A stretch of DNA of 64,000 bases from Methylotenera sp. (GTDB lineage: Bacteria; Pseudomonadota; Gammaproteobacteria; Burkholderiales; Methylophilaceae), in assembly GCA_035393325.1 (NCBI GenBank), contig DAOOXC010000002.1, positions 9,650 to 73,649 of the forward strand. Direction: 5' to 3'. Both the position numbers and the translations under genes were made by a program. Within the stretch, counting starts at the first letter, position 1; each line of letters opens with the position of its first letter. Under the pieces are notes generated by a model. It saw only the letters and a list, made by a program, of their open reading frames with translations. It did no database searches and was not told the DNA's origin. Below, one piece after another: positions 19,541-29,534 of this stretch.

Positions 19541-21082
19541 ATGAATCTACTTAAAGTCCTTGCCAAAGTTGGCAGTATGACCTTTATCTCGCGCATTTTA
19601 GGCTTTGTGCGAGATACGCTTATTGCTCGCGCTTTTGGTGCCAGTATGGTGAGCGATGCGTTTATTGTCGCGTTTAAAATCCCTAATTTATTACGTCGCA
19701 TTTCTGCAGAAGGTGCTTTTAGCCAAGCGTTTGTACCTATTTTAGGGGAGTATAAAAGCCAGCGTAGTTTTGATGAAACACATCAATTGGTCAGCCGCGT
19801 GGGTAGTTGGATGGGCTTAATTTTAGTTATTGTCACCATCCTCGGCATGTTGGCTGCGCCTTTTATTGTCATGCTTATTGCCCCAGGCTTTAAAGCGGAT
19901 GCTGGGAAAATGCAACTCACGGTGGAACTGTTACGCATTACTTTTCCTTATATTTTCTTTATTTCACTAGTGTCAATGGCCGGAGGCGTGCTAAACACCT
20001 ACAATAAATTCAGCATTCCAGCGTTTACCCCAGTGTGGCTCAATGTGGCGATGATAAGCGCGGTGCTATTTTTTGCGGATTATTTTGATGAGCCGATTAA
20101 AGTGCTGGCATGGGCGGTGTTTGCGGGTGGTGCTTTGCAACTGGCGTTTCAAATCCCCTTTTTAAAACAAATTGGTTTATTACCTAAGCTGGATTTTACT
20201 CAAGATGAAGGCGTTTGGCGGATTTTAAAACTGATGGGCCCTGCTGTATTGGGGGTTTCAATTGCACAAATATCCCTTATTTTAAATACTGTTTTTGCTT
20301 CATTTTTAACTTCAGGTAGTGTGAGTTGGCTATATTATGCAGACAGGTTAATGGAGTTTCCATCAGGTGTGCTTGGTGTGGCGCTGGGTACTATTTTACT
20401 GCCAAGTTTATCAAAAGCGTTTGCCAGTAAAGATGAGGCAGAATACAAGTTATTGATGGATTGGGGCTTGCGCTTGAGTTTTATGTTAGCTACGCCAGCC
20501 GCAGTGGCATTAGCTGTGCTTGCAACGCCGTTGGTGAGTGCCTTGTTTTATTATGGCAAGTTTACTGCGCACGATGTCGCCATGACAGAGCAGGCAGTCA
20601 TCGCTTATAGCGTAGGTTTGCTAGGTTTAATTTTGGTGAAAATATTGGCCCCAGGATTTTACGCGCGACAGGACATTAAAACACCCGTTAAAATTGGTGT
20701 GTTTATATTGGTGCTCACGCAGTTGATGAATTTACTGTTTGTATTTGTGCTTGATTTACGTCACGCAGGCTTAGCTTTAGCTATAGGCTTAGGTGCCTGC
20801 GCCAATGCTTCACTTTTATATTATTTTTTGCGTAAATCAAATGTCTATCAGCCGCAAGCAGGGTGGTTACTGTTTTTGCTGAAGTTAGCAGTTGCGCTAA
20901 CGGTAATGGGTGGCGTGTTATATTTTGCCATGGGAGATACCCAAGCATGGCTAAAATATCACGTCGTTGAGCGCATTGCTTATTTAGGTGGTTTAGTAGC
21001 TTTGGGCGCAATCACTTATTTTGCCACATTATTTTTGCTCGGGTTTCGACCAAAAGACTTTGTGCGCAGAGTGGTGCGCTAA
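19541..21082 (+). CDS. murJ: lipid II flippase MurJ (MviN)
   Basis: [34 protein letters not shown]...; 513 aa, polytopic. Confidence 0.9.
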   Translation: MNLLKVLAKVGSMTFISRILGFVRDTLIARAFGASMVSDAFIVAFKIPNLLRRISAEGAFSQAFVPILGEYKSQRSFDETHQLVSRVGSWMGLILVIVTILGMLAAPFIVMLIAPGFKADAGKMQLTVELLRITFPYIFFISLVSMAGGVLNTYNKFSIPAFTPVWLNVAMISAVLFFADYFDEPIKVLAWAVFAGGALQLAFQIPFLKQIGLLPKLDFTQDEGVWRILKLMGPAVLGVSIAQISLILNTVFASFLTSGSVSWLYYADRLMEFPSGVLGVALGTILLPSLSKAFASKDEAEYKLLMDWGLRLSFMLATPAAVALAVLATPLVSALFYYGKFTAHDVAMTEQAVIAYSVGLLGLILVKILAPGFYARQDIKTPVKIGVFILVLTQLMNLLFVFVLDLRHAGLALAIGLGACANASLLYYFLRKSNVYQPQAGWLLFLLKLAVALTVMGGVLYFAMGDTQAWLKYHVVERIAYLGGLVALGAITYFATLFLLGFRPKDFVRRVVR

Positions 21083-21981
21083 TGCAGATTTTTAGGCATT
21101 TACCTGAACAAACTAAGCTTAAGCTTGCCATAGCGATTGGCAACTTTGACGGCTTGCATTTAGGCCATCAAGTTTTGCTGGCGCGATTGATTGAAGTGGC
21201 GAAAACCCAAAATTTAACACCCACTGTCATGACATTTGAACCGCATCCACGAGAATTTTTTACGCCACAAAATGCACCAGCACGGCTCTCAACTTTGCGT
21301 GAGAAGTTAGAGCATTTTAAGCAAGCTGGGGTTGCGCAAGTGTTTGTTTGCAGGTTTAACCAAGCGTTTGCGCAAATATCAGCACAAGCATTTATGAGCG
21401 ATATTTTGCGAAAAAAACTCAATGCCAGCACTGTTTTGGTGGGAGAAGATTTTAGGTTTGGAGCAAAAAGAGCTGGCTCTGTAACGGAATTGCGCGAAAA
21501 TGGTTTTGATTTAATTTCTCCGCCACAAGTGCAACAAAATAACGAACGTGTTTCAAGCACACGGGTGCGTAACGCTCTGGCGGCGGGTGATTTAACTCAG
21601 GCAGCTACATTGCTTGACCGACCATATAGTATTAGCGGTAAAGTGGTGCATGGTGCAAAGCGGGGTCGACAGTTGGGCTTTCCTACCGCAAACGTGCATA
21701 TGCGCCATGAGCGGCCACCAATGACGGGTGTTTATGCGGTAAAATTGGACGGTTTGAATGCTGTGGCTAATTTAGGGGTGCGCCCAACTATCGCGGGTGT
21801 GCCAAAAATGTCACTAGAAGTACATGTGCTTGATTACCAAGGGGATTTGTATAACAAACATGTACATGTAGAGTTTTTACATAAAATCCGTGATGAAATG
21901 AAATTTAACGGATTAGATGCGTTAACAGCGCAAATTACGGCTGATGTAAGCGTAGCAAGAGAATTTTTTAGCCGCACTTAA
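21082..21981 (+). CDS. ribF: bifunctional riboflavin kinase / FAD synthetase
   Basis: AIGNFDGLHLGHQ, GFPTAN. ATG overlaps the murJ stop (TAATG). Confidence 0.9.
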   Translation: MQIFRHLPEQTKLKLAIAIGNFDGLHLGHQVLLARLIEVAKTQNLTPTVMTFEPHPREFFTPQNAPARLSTLREKLEHFKQAGVAQVFVCRFNQAFAQISAQAFMSDILRKKLNASTVLVGEDFRFGAKRAGSVTELRENGFDLISPPQVQQNNERVSSTRVRNALAAGDLTQAATLLDRPYSISGKVVHGAKRGRQLGFPTANVHMRHERPPMTGVYAVKLDGLNAVANLGVRPTIAGVPKMSLEVHVLDYQGDLYNKHVHVEFLHKIRDEMKFNGLDALTAQITADVSVAREFFSRT

Positions 21982-22014
21982 CAAAACATGCGGATAAATA
22001 GCTTTTTGGAATAA

Positions 22015-24924
22015 ATGATGACTGAAGAAAATAAAGATTCAACTTACAAATTAAACCTCCCAGAAACCACGTTTCCAATGCGGGGCGATTTAGCCAAGCG
22101 TGAGCCTGCTTGGTTAAAAGCATGGAATGATAAAAAGCTCTATCAGCGAATTCGTAAAGCGAGAGCTGGCGCTAAAAAATTCATTCTGCATGATGGCCCA
22201 CCGTATGCCAATGGTGATATTCACATTGGCCATGCAGTGAATAAAATTTTAAAAGACATCATCATTAAAGCCAAAACCATGGATGGTTTTGATGCGCCCT
22301 ATGTGCCGGGCTGGGATTGCCACGGCTTGCCCATTGAATTGGTGGTGGAAAAAAATCATGGCAAAAATATAGACCCTGCCAAGTTTCGTGAACTTTGCCG
22401 TGCTTATGCGGCTGAACAAGTGGAAAAGCAAAAGAAAGATTTTATTCGCTTAGGCGTGCTGGGCGATTGGGATAACCCGTATTTAACGATGGACTTTAAT
22501 ACCGAAGCTGACATTATGCGGGCTTTGGGCGACATCTATAAAAATGGATACCTTTACCAAGGCAGTAAACCCGTGCATTGGTGCGTGGATTGCGGTAGTG
22601 CATTGGCTGAGGCCGAGGTGGAATATGAAGACGTCAACTCACCTGCGATTGATGTGGGCTTTAAAGTTTCAAATATGGCATTGCTTGAAACTTTGTTCCA
22701 ACTACCAATTCAATATTACTCAGACACTTACGCTGTCATTTGGACAACCACGCCTTGGACATTGCCTGCTAATCAGGCGGTTTCAGTTAATCCTAATTTG
22801 CAATACGATTTAATCAAGACAGAAAAAGGTAACCTCATTATTGCTCATGAGTTGGCTGATAGTGTTCTTTCTAGATACGGTATTAAAAGTCTAGGTTTAT
22901 TAGGCTCTTGCTTGGGAGGTAAATTAGCAGGCGCATTCTTAGTAGAAGGTAATTGGCATGTTGGGAAATCGGGTGACGAATCACATGGAAAGCTTGAAGG
23001 TGTAACATTTTCTGGGTTATTGCTTGAACATCCGTTTGATAATCGCCTAGTGCCAATTATTTTTGGCGACCACGTCACCACCGATGCTGGTACTGGCTTA
23101 GTGCATACTGCTGCTGCCCATGGTAACGATGACTGGTTAGTAATGCGTGCAAACTTTCCGAATGAAAAACCACGCATTTTAATGGGTGGCGATGGCAAGT
23201 TTTTCAATAGTGATATTGTAGAACTTAAGGAAATACGTGGACTTTCACGCCATGAAGCAAACAAAATTATATTCAATGTTATCCAAGAAAATGGCGCTTT
23301 GCTTGCTTCTGCGCGTTTAAACCATAGCTTTCCACATTGCTGGCGCCATAAAACACCATTGATGCAATTGGCTACGCACCAATGGTTTATTGGTATGCAG
23401 CAAGAAGATGCTGTGGGGATTAGCTTGCGTGAATACGCAAACAAAGCGGTGGATGCGACTGAGTTTTTCCCATCATGGGGGCGTGCGCGCCTAGAGGCGA
23501 TGATTAAAAATCGCCCAGATTGGTGCGTTTCTCGCCAGCGCAATTGGGGCGTGCCTATGCCGTTGTTTGTGCATAAAGAGCTTGGTTCAGTTCATCCAGA
23601 AAGTCACGTTTTGCTTGAGAAGGTTTGTGAGCTAGTTGAAAAACAAGGTGTCGAAGCGTGGTTTAGCTTAGATGGAGATAAGTTTCTCAAAGAACATTCA
23701 ACAATTGATAGTAAGTTATACAAAAAAGTCACGGACACTTTAGACGTATGGTTTGATTCTGGCACCACGCATGCGGCGGTGTTAAAACGCCGTGCGGAGT
23801 TGAATTTTCCAGCAGATTTATACTTAGAAGGTTCTGACCAACACCGTGGCTGGTTTCAATCAAGCTTATTAACGGGTTGCGCCATTGATGGCCGCGCGCC
23901 TTATGAAGCCTTGTTAACGCATGGTTTTGTGGTGGATGGTGCTGGCCATAAAATGAGTAAATCAAAAGGCAACGTGGTGGCGCCCCAAAAAGTGATGGAC
24001 ACTTATGGCGCGGATATTTTACGCCTTTGGGTGGCAAGCACCGATTATTCAGGTGAGTTGACCATTTCAGACGAAATTTTAAAACGTGTGGCCGATAGCT
24101 ACCGAAAATTGCGCAACACCATGAAGTTTTTATTAGCCAACTTGGCTGATTTTGATGCCAACAAAGACTTATTGCCAGTGGCTGAATGGCTAGAGATTGA
24201 CCGCTACGCACTGTATTTAACGCAAAAGCTACAAACAGAAGTGTTGGCTGATTATTCACGTTATGAGTTCCATTTGGCGGTGCAAAAACTGGTGGCTTTT
24301 TGCTCTGAAGATTTAGGCAGCTTTTATTTGGATATTTTAAAAGACAGGCTATATACCTCAGGCGCAACTTCGCCTGCGCGTCGCGCCGCACAAAGCGCTT
24401 TGCACCATATAACGCAAACCTTTATGCGCTTAATCGCACCGATTTTAAGCTTTACTGCAGATGAAATTTGGCACACCTTAAACTTGGGCGAAAACAAATC
24501 GGTTTTCGAAGAAATTTGGTACAGTTTGCCTGAGCATGGGATGAGTAATGACGAAATAAATAGCTGGGGAAATGTAATACAAGTTCGTGAGTTAGTAAAT
24601 AAAAAAATAGAAGAGAAGCGGGCGGTAGGGCTTGTTGGCTCTTCCCTCCAAGCTGAAATTGATATCTTTGCATTTGAACGGATGTACGAATCATTAGCTA
24701 ATCTTAAAGATGATTTACGATTCGTGTTTATCGTTTCTAAAGTAAATTTATATTATCGCGAAGGTGGAGGTTTACATGTTGAAGTTTCACCGAGCGCTCA
24801 CCAAAAATGTGACCGTTGCTGGCACTACCGCGCAGACGTTGGTGCAGATAAAGCGCATCCACACATTTGCGGACGTTGTGTGAGTAACTTGTTTGGCATA
24901 GGCGAGGCGCGCAAGTATGCTTAA
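22015..24924 (+). CDS. ileS: isoleucyl-tRNA synthetase
   Basis: [11 protein letters not shown] (HIGH), KMSKSKGN (KMSKS) and a C-terminal zinc cluster CDRCWHY...CGRC. Confidence 0.95.
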   Translation: MMTEENKDSTYKLNLPETTFPMRGDLAKREPAWLKAWNDKKLYQRIRKARAGAKKFILHDGPPYANGDIHIGHAVNKILKDIIIKAKTMDGFDAPYVPGWDCHGLPIELVVEKNHGKNIDPAKFRELCRAYAAEQVEKQKKDFIRLGVLGDWDNPYLTMDFNTEADIMRALGDIYKNGYLYQGSKPVHWCVDCGSALAEAEVEYEDVNSPAIDVGFKVSNMALLETLFQLPIQYYSDTYAVIWTTTPWTLPANQAVSVNPNLQYDLIKTEKGNLIIAHELADSVLSRYGIKSLGLLGSCLGGKLAGAFLVEGNWHVGKSGDESHGKLEGVTFSGLLLEHPFDNRLVPIIFGDHVTTDAGTGLVHTAAAHGNDDWLVMRANFPNEKPRILMGGDGKFFNSDIVELKEIRGLSRHEANKIIFNVIQENGALLASARLNHSFPHCWRHKTPLMQLATHQWFIGMQQEDAVGISLREYANKAVDATEFFPSWGRARLEAMIKNRPDWCVSRQRNWGVPMPLFVHKELGSVHPESHVLLEKVCELVEKQGVEAWFSLDGDKFLKEHSTIDSKLYKKVTDTLDVWFDSGTTHAAVLKRRAELNFPADLYLEGSDQHRGWFQSSLLTGCAIDGRAPYEALLTHGFVVDGAGHKMSKSKGNVVAPQKVMDTYGADILRLWVASTDYSGELTISDEILKRVADSYRKLRNTMKFLLANLADFDANKDLLPVAEWLEIDRYALYLTQKLQTEVLADYSRYEFHLAVQKLVAFCSEDLGSFYLDILKDRLYTSGATSPARRAAQSALHHITQTFMRLIAPILSFTADEIWHTLNLGENKSVFEEIWYSLPEHGMSNDEINSWGNVIQVRELVNKKIEEKRAVGLVGSSLQAEIDIFAFERMYESLANLKDDLRFVFIVSKVNLYYREGGGLHVEVSPSAHQKCDRCWHYRADVGADKAHPHICGRCVSNLFGIGEARKYA

Positions 24925-24943
24925 CATTCAAATATAGTGAGAT

Positions 24944-25828
24944 ATGGAAAATCAAGCTCAATTAGAGTGGAATCCATTTCACACCATACATTGGCCGCGT
25001 ATTGTCAGGCGCTCGTCTGAGTATGGAGGTGGCGAGCGCTTATCTTTTAGTTTTGATTTAGGTGCAGTGCTCGAAAGTGAGAAAAAGTTGGTGTTAAAGC
25101 AATGGTGCGCGATGCTCTCATCTGCACCGCAAACATTGCGATGGCTAAAAATCTGGTCACACACGACACAGCCTTTATTTGATGCCGCTTGTCAAAATGA
25201 ACATTTGGAATGTTTGATGATCAAGTGGGGAAATATCAAGCAGTTGGATGCGATTAAAAATCTTAAAAATTTGAAATATCTCTATATTGGCAGTTCAACC
25301 AAGATTGAGTCGATTGAGCCACTAATCTCGCTGACACAACTGAAATATTTACATATTGAAAATTTTAAGCTTATCAATGACTTTACACCTTTTTCTAAAA
25401 TGCACAGTTTAGAATCCCTTAGCATCACCGGAAGTATGTGGAGTTTTCAGAAAATAGATTCGCTTGAGTTTTTATCAAAAATGTCTTGGCTAAAATCGCT
25501 GTCAATAGATACTCATAATATTCAATCGCTAGCCCCACTTGCGAATCTTAAAAGTTTAAAAGATTTGCACATTGGCGGCAGGTTGCCGGTAGAGGAATAC
25601 GCGCGTCTATCTGCACGATTGCCAAATACCTATTGTCAATGGTTTGAGCCTTATTTAGACCTTGCAGATAGTGGCATAGGCTTATGCAAAAAGTGTAAAA
25701 AGCAAACCATGGTGATGCTTACCGGTGGAAAAGGTGCAAAAACAGTCTGCCGTGTATGTGATGCTGAAAAGTTGAAAAAACACGAAGCGATTTTTAATGC
25801 AATTAAGAACGAAGAATTGACAAGGTAA
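24944..25828 (+). CDS. cytoplasmic leucine-rich-repeat protein with C-terminal CxxC...CxxC zinc-ribbon
   Basis: Tandem ~22-aa LRRs (LKNLKYLYIGSS.., LTQLKYLHIENF.., MHSLESLSITGS.., MSWLKSLSIDTH.., LKSLKDLHIGG) and CKKCKK...CRVCD. No signal peptide. Visibly AT-richer than ileS and lspA. Confidence 0.7.
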   Translation: MENQAQLEWNPFHTIHWPRIVRRSSEYGGGERLSFSFDLGAVLESEKKLVLKQWCAMLSSAPQTLRWLKIWSHTTQPLFDAACQNEHLECLMIKWGNIKQLDAIKNLKNLKYLYIGSSTKIESIEPLISLTQLKYLHIENFKLINDFTPFSKMHSLESLSITGSMWSFQKIDSLEFLSKMSWLKSLSIDTHNIQSLAPLANLKSLKDLHIGGRLPVEEYARLSARLPNTYCQWFEPYLDLADSGIGLCKKCKKQTMVMLTGGKGAKTVCRVCDAEKLKKHEAIFNAIKNEELTR

Positions 25829-26301
25829 TGCAAAAAGAATTTTTTTTAATTAAATGGTTTGGTATTAGTTCAATCGTTGTTGCGCTGGATTTATATACCA
25901 AACATCTCATTCAGCAGGCTTTTCAGTTTGGTGAAAAACTCACCTTCACCAGCTTTTTTGACTTGGTGCACTATCATAATTTAGGCTCGGCTTTTGGTTT
26001 TTTAAATGATGCTGGCGGCTGGCAAAAATGGTTTTTTGCCGCGATTTCGATTGTAGCCGTTGTGGTAATGAGTTATTTAATTGTCAAACACAAAAACGAA
26101 AAACTTTTTTGCTGGGGGCTTGCCTTAGTGTTGGGCGGTGCGCTGGGCAATTTGTATGACCGCATCACGCTAGGCTATGTGGTGGATTTTTTAAATTTTC
26201 ATCTAGGTGATTATTATTGGCCGGCGTTTAACGTGGCGGATAGTGCGATTGTGGGTGGGGTTGGTTTGTTGCTGCTAGACAGTTTTAAAAGTAAATCATA
26301 A
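25828..26301 (+). CDS. lspA: lipoprotein signal peptidase II
   Basis: NLGSAFGF, GGALGNLYDR, FNVADSAI; 157 aa. Confidence 0.9.
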   Translation: MQKEFFLIKWFGISSIVVALDLYTKHLIQQAFQFGEKLTFTSFFDLVHYHNLGSAFGFLNDAGGWQKWFFAAISIVAVVVMSYLIVKHKNEKLFCWGLALVLGGALGNLYDRITLGYVVDFLNFHLGDYYWPAFNVADSAIVGGVGLLLLDSFKSKS

Positions 26302-26311
26302 GCAAAATGTG

Positions 26312-26584
26312 ATGCGTTATCAGGTCATTATCGAGGTGGATAATAACGCAGAGTGCGAAGCCTTTGAAGATTGGCTTAAAAAGTATCAAAATGAGATTGT
26401 TGGCATCAGCGAAAATAGCGGTTGCGGTTGTTGCGTTAATATTTTTACACTTGAACTTTTGGATAGCGCTAATCCGCTTGCGATGTTTAATCAGGTAGAA
26501 ACTGACCAAGCAGTAGAAATGCATTATGGATTAGAGAAAAACCATCTCATCAATGATTATTTAAACTATGGAAAAACGGAATAA
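26312..26584 (+). CDS. hypothetical small acidic protein with a GCGCC motif
   Basis: 90-aa ORF starting 8-10 nt after the lspA stop. No family recognised. Its last codons overlap the left arm of the 127-nt palindromic element. Confidence 0.4.
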   Translation: MRYQVIIEVDNNAECEAFEDWLKKYQNEIVGISENSGCGCCVNIFTLELLDSANPLAMFNQVETDQAVEMHYGLEKNHLINDYLNYGKTE

Positions 26585-26704
26585 GTGGCTACGCGGGTGA
26601 ATTGCATCGTTGCGCGGTACTCGCAACCTCGCTGTACACTTCGTACTATCTCGGTTTCTGCGTGCCGTGCGCCTTGCACTTCATCCCGCTCGCTCACTTA
26701 TTCC
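26578..26704 (+). repeat. 127-nt palindromic structured element with perfect 10-bp termini (GGAATAAGTG ... CACTTATTCC)
   Basis: Terminal inverted repeat read directly. The arms continue imperfectly (GCGGGTGAATTGCA vs TGCACTTCATCCCGC) and there is an internal hairpin GTTGCG-cggtact-CGCAAC. Confidence 0.6.
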
Positions 26705-26738
26705 GTATTTCCCAATCAGTAACATGAGGTAAACCGCG

Positions 26739-27380
26739 ATGCCAGATTGGAAAAAACTGATAGAAGGTAAAATTTCACTGGCCAAACGTGGCGCAAAGCC
26801 AAGCAAAGCCAGTGATAATGCGCGTATTCCTGCTGGGCAAAAGCAAGTCAATAATTTTCCTATTTTAGATTTGGGCATCAAGCCGGAAATTGCACTCAGC
26901 AGTTGGAGCTTGCGTGTGTATGGCTTGGTAGAAAATCCAGTCAAGCTTGATTGGGCCCAGTTTCAAGCCATGCCGCAACTCACCGATATTTCTGATTTTC
27001 ATTGCGTCACCCGTTGGAGCCAGCTCGATATGGATTGGCAAGGCGTGCGGGTGCGCGATGTGTTGGCGCTTGCGCAACCGCAAGCCCATGCGCATTTTGC
27101 CACCATGCACAGTTATGATGGTTACAGCACTAATTTGCCGATTGAAGCTTTGCTAGATGACGATGTATTGCTTGCGCATTCCGTTTTTGGCCAAGCTTTA
27201 CCGCGCGAGCACGGCGGCCCAGTGCGTATGATTGTGCCTAAACGCTACGCGTGGAAAGGCGCAAAATGGATAAAAGCGATTGAATTGCACGAGCATGATA
27301 AACGTGGGTTTTGGGAAGTGCGCGGGTATCATAACGATGCTGACCCGTGGCTCGAACAACGTTTTTCTGATGACGAGTAA
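26739..27380 (+). CDS. sulfite-oxidase-like molybdopterin-binding oxidoreductase (small, single-domain)
   Basis: WSLRVYGLVENPVKLDW..., DFHCVTRWS, GGPVRMIVPKRYAWKGAKWI; motifs of the Oxidored_molyb domain. Confidence 0.8.
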   Translation: MPDWKKLIEGKISLAKRGAKPSKASDNARIPAGQKQVNNFPILDLGIKPEIALSSWSLRVYGLVENPVKLDWAQFQAMPQLTDISDFHCVTRWSQLDMDWQGVRVRDVLALAQPQAHAHFATMHSYDGYSTNLPIEALLDDDVLLAHSVFGQALPREHGGPVRMIVPKRYAWKGAKWIKAIELHEHDKRGFWEVRGYHNDADPWLEQRFSDDE

Positions 27381-27500
27381 GCATGCATTTTCACTTTCGC
27401 AAACCATCGTTGTTTCTGGCTCGCCGTACAAAACGCACTGATCTTCGCATTTGCGCCTAGCCTGACACGTTTAAATTCAATCTAGGAGAATTTACGCTAA

Positions 27501-27818
27501 ATGGTTGACTTAAGTTTTGCATTTACAGGTGAATGCTGGCTTTGGACAGCAGAAAATCAAGTGTGCTGGCATTTTGTTACTTTGCCGCAAGATAAATCAG
27601 ACGAAATCAAATTTTTTAGTAAAAACTTGCGTGGACAACGCCGCGGTTGGGATATGGTGCGGGTCACTGTCACCATTGGTAAAACCAGTTGGGAAACTTC
27701 AATTTTTCCTTATGCAAAAACCAATGCCTATATTTTGCCGATTAAAGCAGAGGTGCGAAAAAAAGAAAAAATTTCCGCCGGCGATTCATTGCACATTTCA
27801 CTTAAAATTAACGTGTAA
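27501..27818 (+). CDS. DUF1905 domain protein
   Basis: 105 aa. WHFVTLPQD...VRVTVTIGKTSWETSIFP...YILPIKAEVRKK, typical of DUF1905. Confidence 0.7.
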   Translation: MVDLSFAFTGECWLWTAENQVCWHFVTLPQDKSDEIKFFSKNLRGQRRGWDMVRVTVTIGKTSWETSIFPYAKTNAYILPIKAEVRKKEKISAGDSLHISLKINV

Positions 27819-27845
27819 TGAAATTATTTTTTCAGCTAAAAAATC

Positions 27846-27911
27846 CCCCGAGAGATTTTTGATGCTCTGCAAGCCGCATGCAGACTGGCTTGCAGAGGAG
27901 GTGAAATGATG
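27846..27911 (-). repeat. REP-like hairpin repeat, copy 4 (reverse orientation)
   Basis: Reverse complement reads CATCATTTCACCTCCTCTGCAAGCC-AGTCTGCATGC-GGCTTGCAGAGCATCAAAAATCTCTCGGGG, an 11-bp perfect stem. It lies between convergent genes. Confidence 0.9.
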
Positions 27912-27954
27912 TTGTGCTAAATCAGCCTAAAATTAAGCAATTTTTTTTGTTATT

Positions 27955-28872
27955 TTAGTGCTGTTTTTTAGGTAGAAATTTGCTGATAATAGTAAAAATT
28001 ACCACACAAATTGCACCTACCAAAAGCCCAACTATGGCATCTAATAACATGGGCAATGCAAAAGAAATTTCTTTCAATGGTTCGGCCAGATGGTGCAGCG
28101 CAGGAATGCCATGCCCAATAATGCTGCCTCCCACTAAAAACATCGCCGCCGTGCCAGCAATGCTCAAAAAACGCATTAAATAAGGAGTGGCGTTAAGTAA
28201 CCAGCTACCCACTTTGCGAATGATTTGTTTGAATGTGCTTTTCCCTTTGCGCAACATCATGTAAAGCCCTAAATCGTCGAGCTTAACAATGCCAGCCACT
28301 AGGCCGTAAACGCCAATGGTCATCACTAAAGCGATGAGCGAAACCACGGTCACTTGTTTGCTAAAACTTGCAGTTGCTACTGTGCCGAGCGCAATCACAA
28401 TAATTTCGGCTGATAAAATAAAGTCGGTGCGAATCGCACCTTTGATTTTGTCTTTTTCTAGCGCCACTAAATCAACATTAGGGTCGGCCACGGCTTGTGC
28501 TAGTTCTTTTTCGTGTGCGGCATCTTCATGTTTGCTATGTAAAAATTTATGAGCTAGCTTTTCTGCCCCTTCAAAACATAAATACGCTCCGCCCACCATT
28601 AACAACGGGGTGATGAGCCAAGGGATAAAGTAACTAATCGCCAGCGCGGCAGGCACCAAAATGAGTTTGTTGATAAATGAGCCTTTAGCCACTGCCCACA
28701 CCACGGGCAATTCGCGCTCGGCATTCACGCCTGAAACTTGCTGCGCATTGAGCGCTAAATCATCGCCCAGCACGCCGGCAGTTTTTTTGGCGGCAACTTT
28801 GGTCATCACCGATACGTCATCTAAAATAGTGGCGATGTCGTCTAAAAGAGCAAGTAAACTGCCTGCAGCCAT
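27955..28872 (-). CDS. DUF808 (YedI-family) inner-membrane protein
   Basis: [46 protein letters not shown] is the characteristic DUF808 N-terminus. 305 aa. Confidence 0.85.
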   Translation of the reverse strand: MAAGSLLALLDDIATILDDVSVMTKVAAKKTAGVLGDDLALNAQQVSGVNAERELPVVWAVAKGSFINKLILVPAALAISYFIPWLITPLLMVGGAYLCFEGAEKLAHKFLHSKHEDAAHEKELAQAVADPNVDLVALEKDKIKGAIRTDFILSAEIIVIALGTVATASFSKQVTVVSLIALVMTIGVYGLVAGIVKLDDLGLYMMLRKGKSTFKQIIRKVGSWLLNATPYLMRFLSIAGTAAMFLVGGSIIGHGIPALHHLAEPLKEISFALPMLLDAIVGLLVGAICVVIFTIISKFLPKKQH

Positions 28873-28985
28873 GTGGTAATCCTTAAAATTTGCTATGTGT
28901 GTAAAGCGCGTATTTTAACTTAAATGCGCGTAGTTGGCAGGGCGAAATCAATCACAGCATTGTATAAAACTTAAGGGGATAAAAT

Positions 28986-29534
28986 TTAAGGATTGATCGG
29001 GTTTTTGCCTAATTTGCGCTGCAAAGTGCGCCGGTGCATATTGAGGCTACGCGCGGTAGCTGAAATATTGCCATCGTTTTCTGCTAGCACACGCTGTAAA
29101 TGTTCCCACTCTAAGCGGTCAATCGTTAAGGGATTGTTGGCTAATTCAACATGCGCGTCACCCGTTTGTTTGCCGAAAGCGGCCACAATTTCGTCTGCAT
29201 CTACCGGTTTTGCTAAATAGTGAGTTGCGCCAAGTTTAATGGCCTCAACCGCCGTGGCAATGCTGGCAAAGCCTGTGAGCACCACAATGCGCGTACCCGC
29301 TCCAAGGCTGGCTAGTTGGCGAACTAATACCAAGCCAGAATTGCCGCCCATTTTTAAATCGACCACAGCAAATTCTGGCGGGTCATTTTTTGCAAGTTCA
29401 AAGCCGCTTTCGGCGCTTAGCGCAGTGGTGACGCTAAAGCCGCGCTTTTTCATGGCGGGGGCGAGCACGCTTAAAAAAGCTTCATCGTCATCGACTAATA
29501 AAAGACTGGGTTTTTCAATCGTAGTTGCGCACAT
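28986..29534 (-). CDS. regA: redox response regulator, RegA/PrrA/ActR family
   Basis: Receiver domain (LLVDDDEAF...VVDLKM) plus a short Fis-type HTH, GNISATARSLNMHRRTLQRKL. Its start lies immediately after the regB stop. Confidence 0.85.
   Translation of the reverse strand: MCATTIEKPSLLLVDDDEAFLSVLAPAMKKRGFSVTTALSAESGFELAKNDPPEFAVVDLKMGGNSGLVLVRQLASLGAGTRIVVLTGFASIATAVEAIKLGATHYLAKPVDADEIVAAFGKQTGDAHVELANNPLTIDRLEWEHLQRVLAENDGNISATARSLNMHRRTLQRKLGKNPINP

Noticed and set aside
22845-24391. Two long antisense ORFs (232 aa and 220 aa) within ileS
   Set aside because: They are fully embedded in a gene with unambiguous IleS motifs on the plus strand. Their sequences look like random translation, rich in R/S/P/C, with no recognisable domains.
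26578-26738. Idea that the 127-nt palindrome is a molybdenum-cofactor (Moco) riboswitch, since it precedes a molybdopterin enzyme gene
   Set aside because: I could not recognise the conserved Moco-motif nucleotides from memory. The near-perfect terminal inverted repeat and the resemblance to the riboswitch-arm insert fit a palindromic repeat better. I left it as a test (Rfam RF01055) rather than a claim.
27517-27909. 130-aa ORF in an alternative frame overlapping the DUF1905 gene
   Set aside because: The DUF1905 frame carries the family motifs. The alternative frame extends through REP-like copy 4, so it is most likely spurious.
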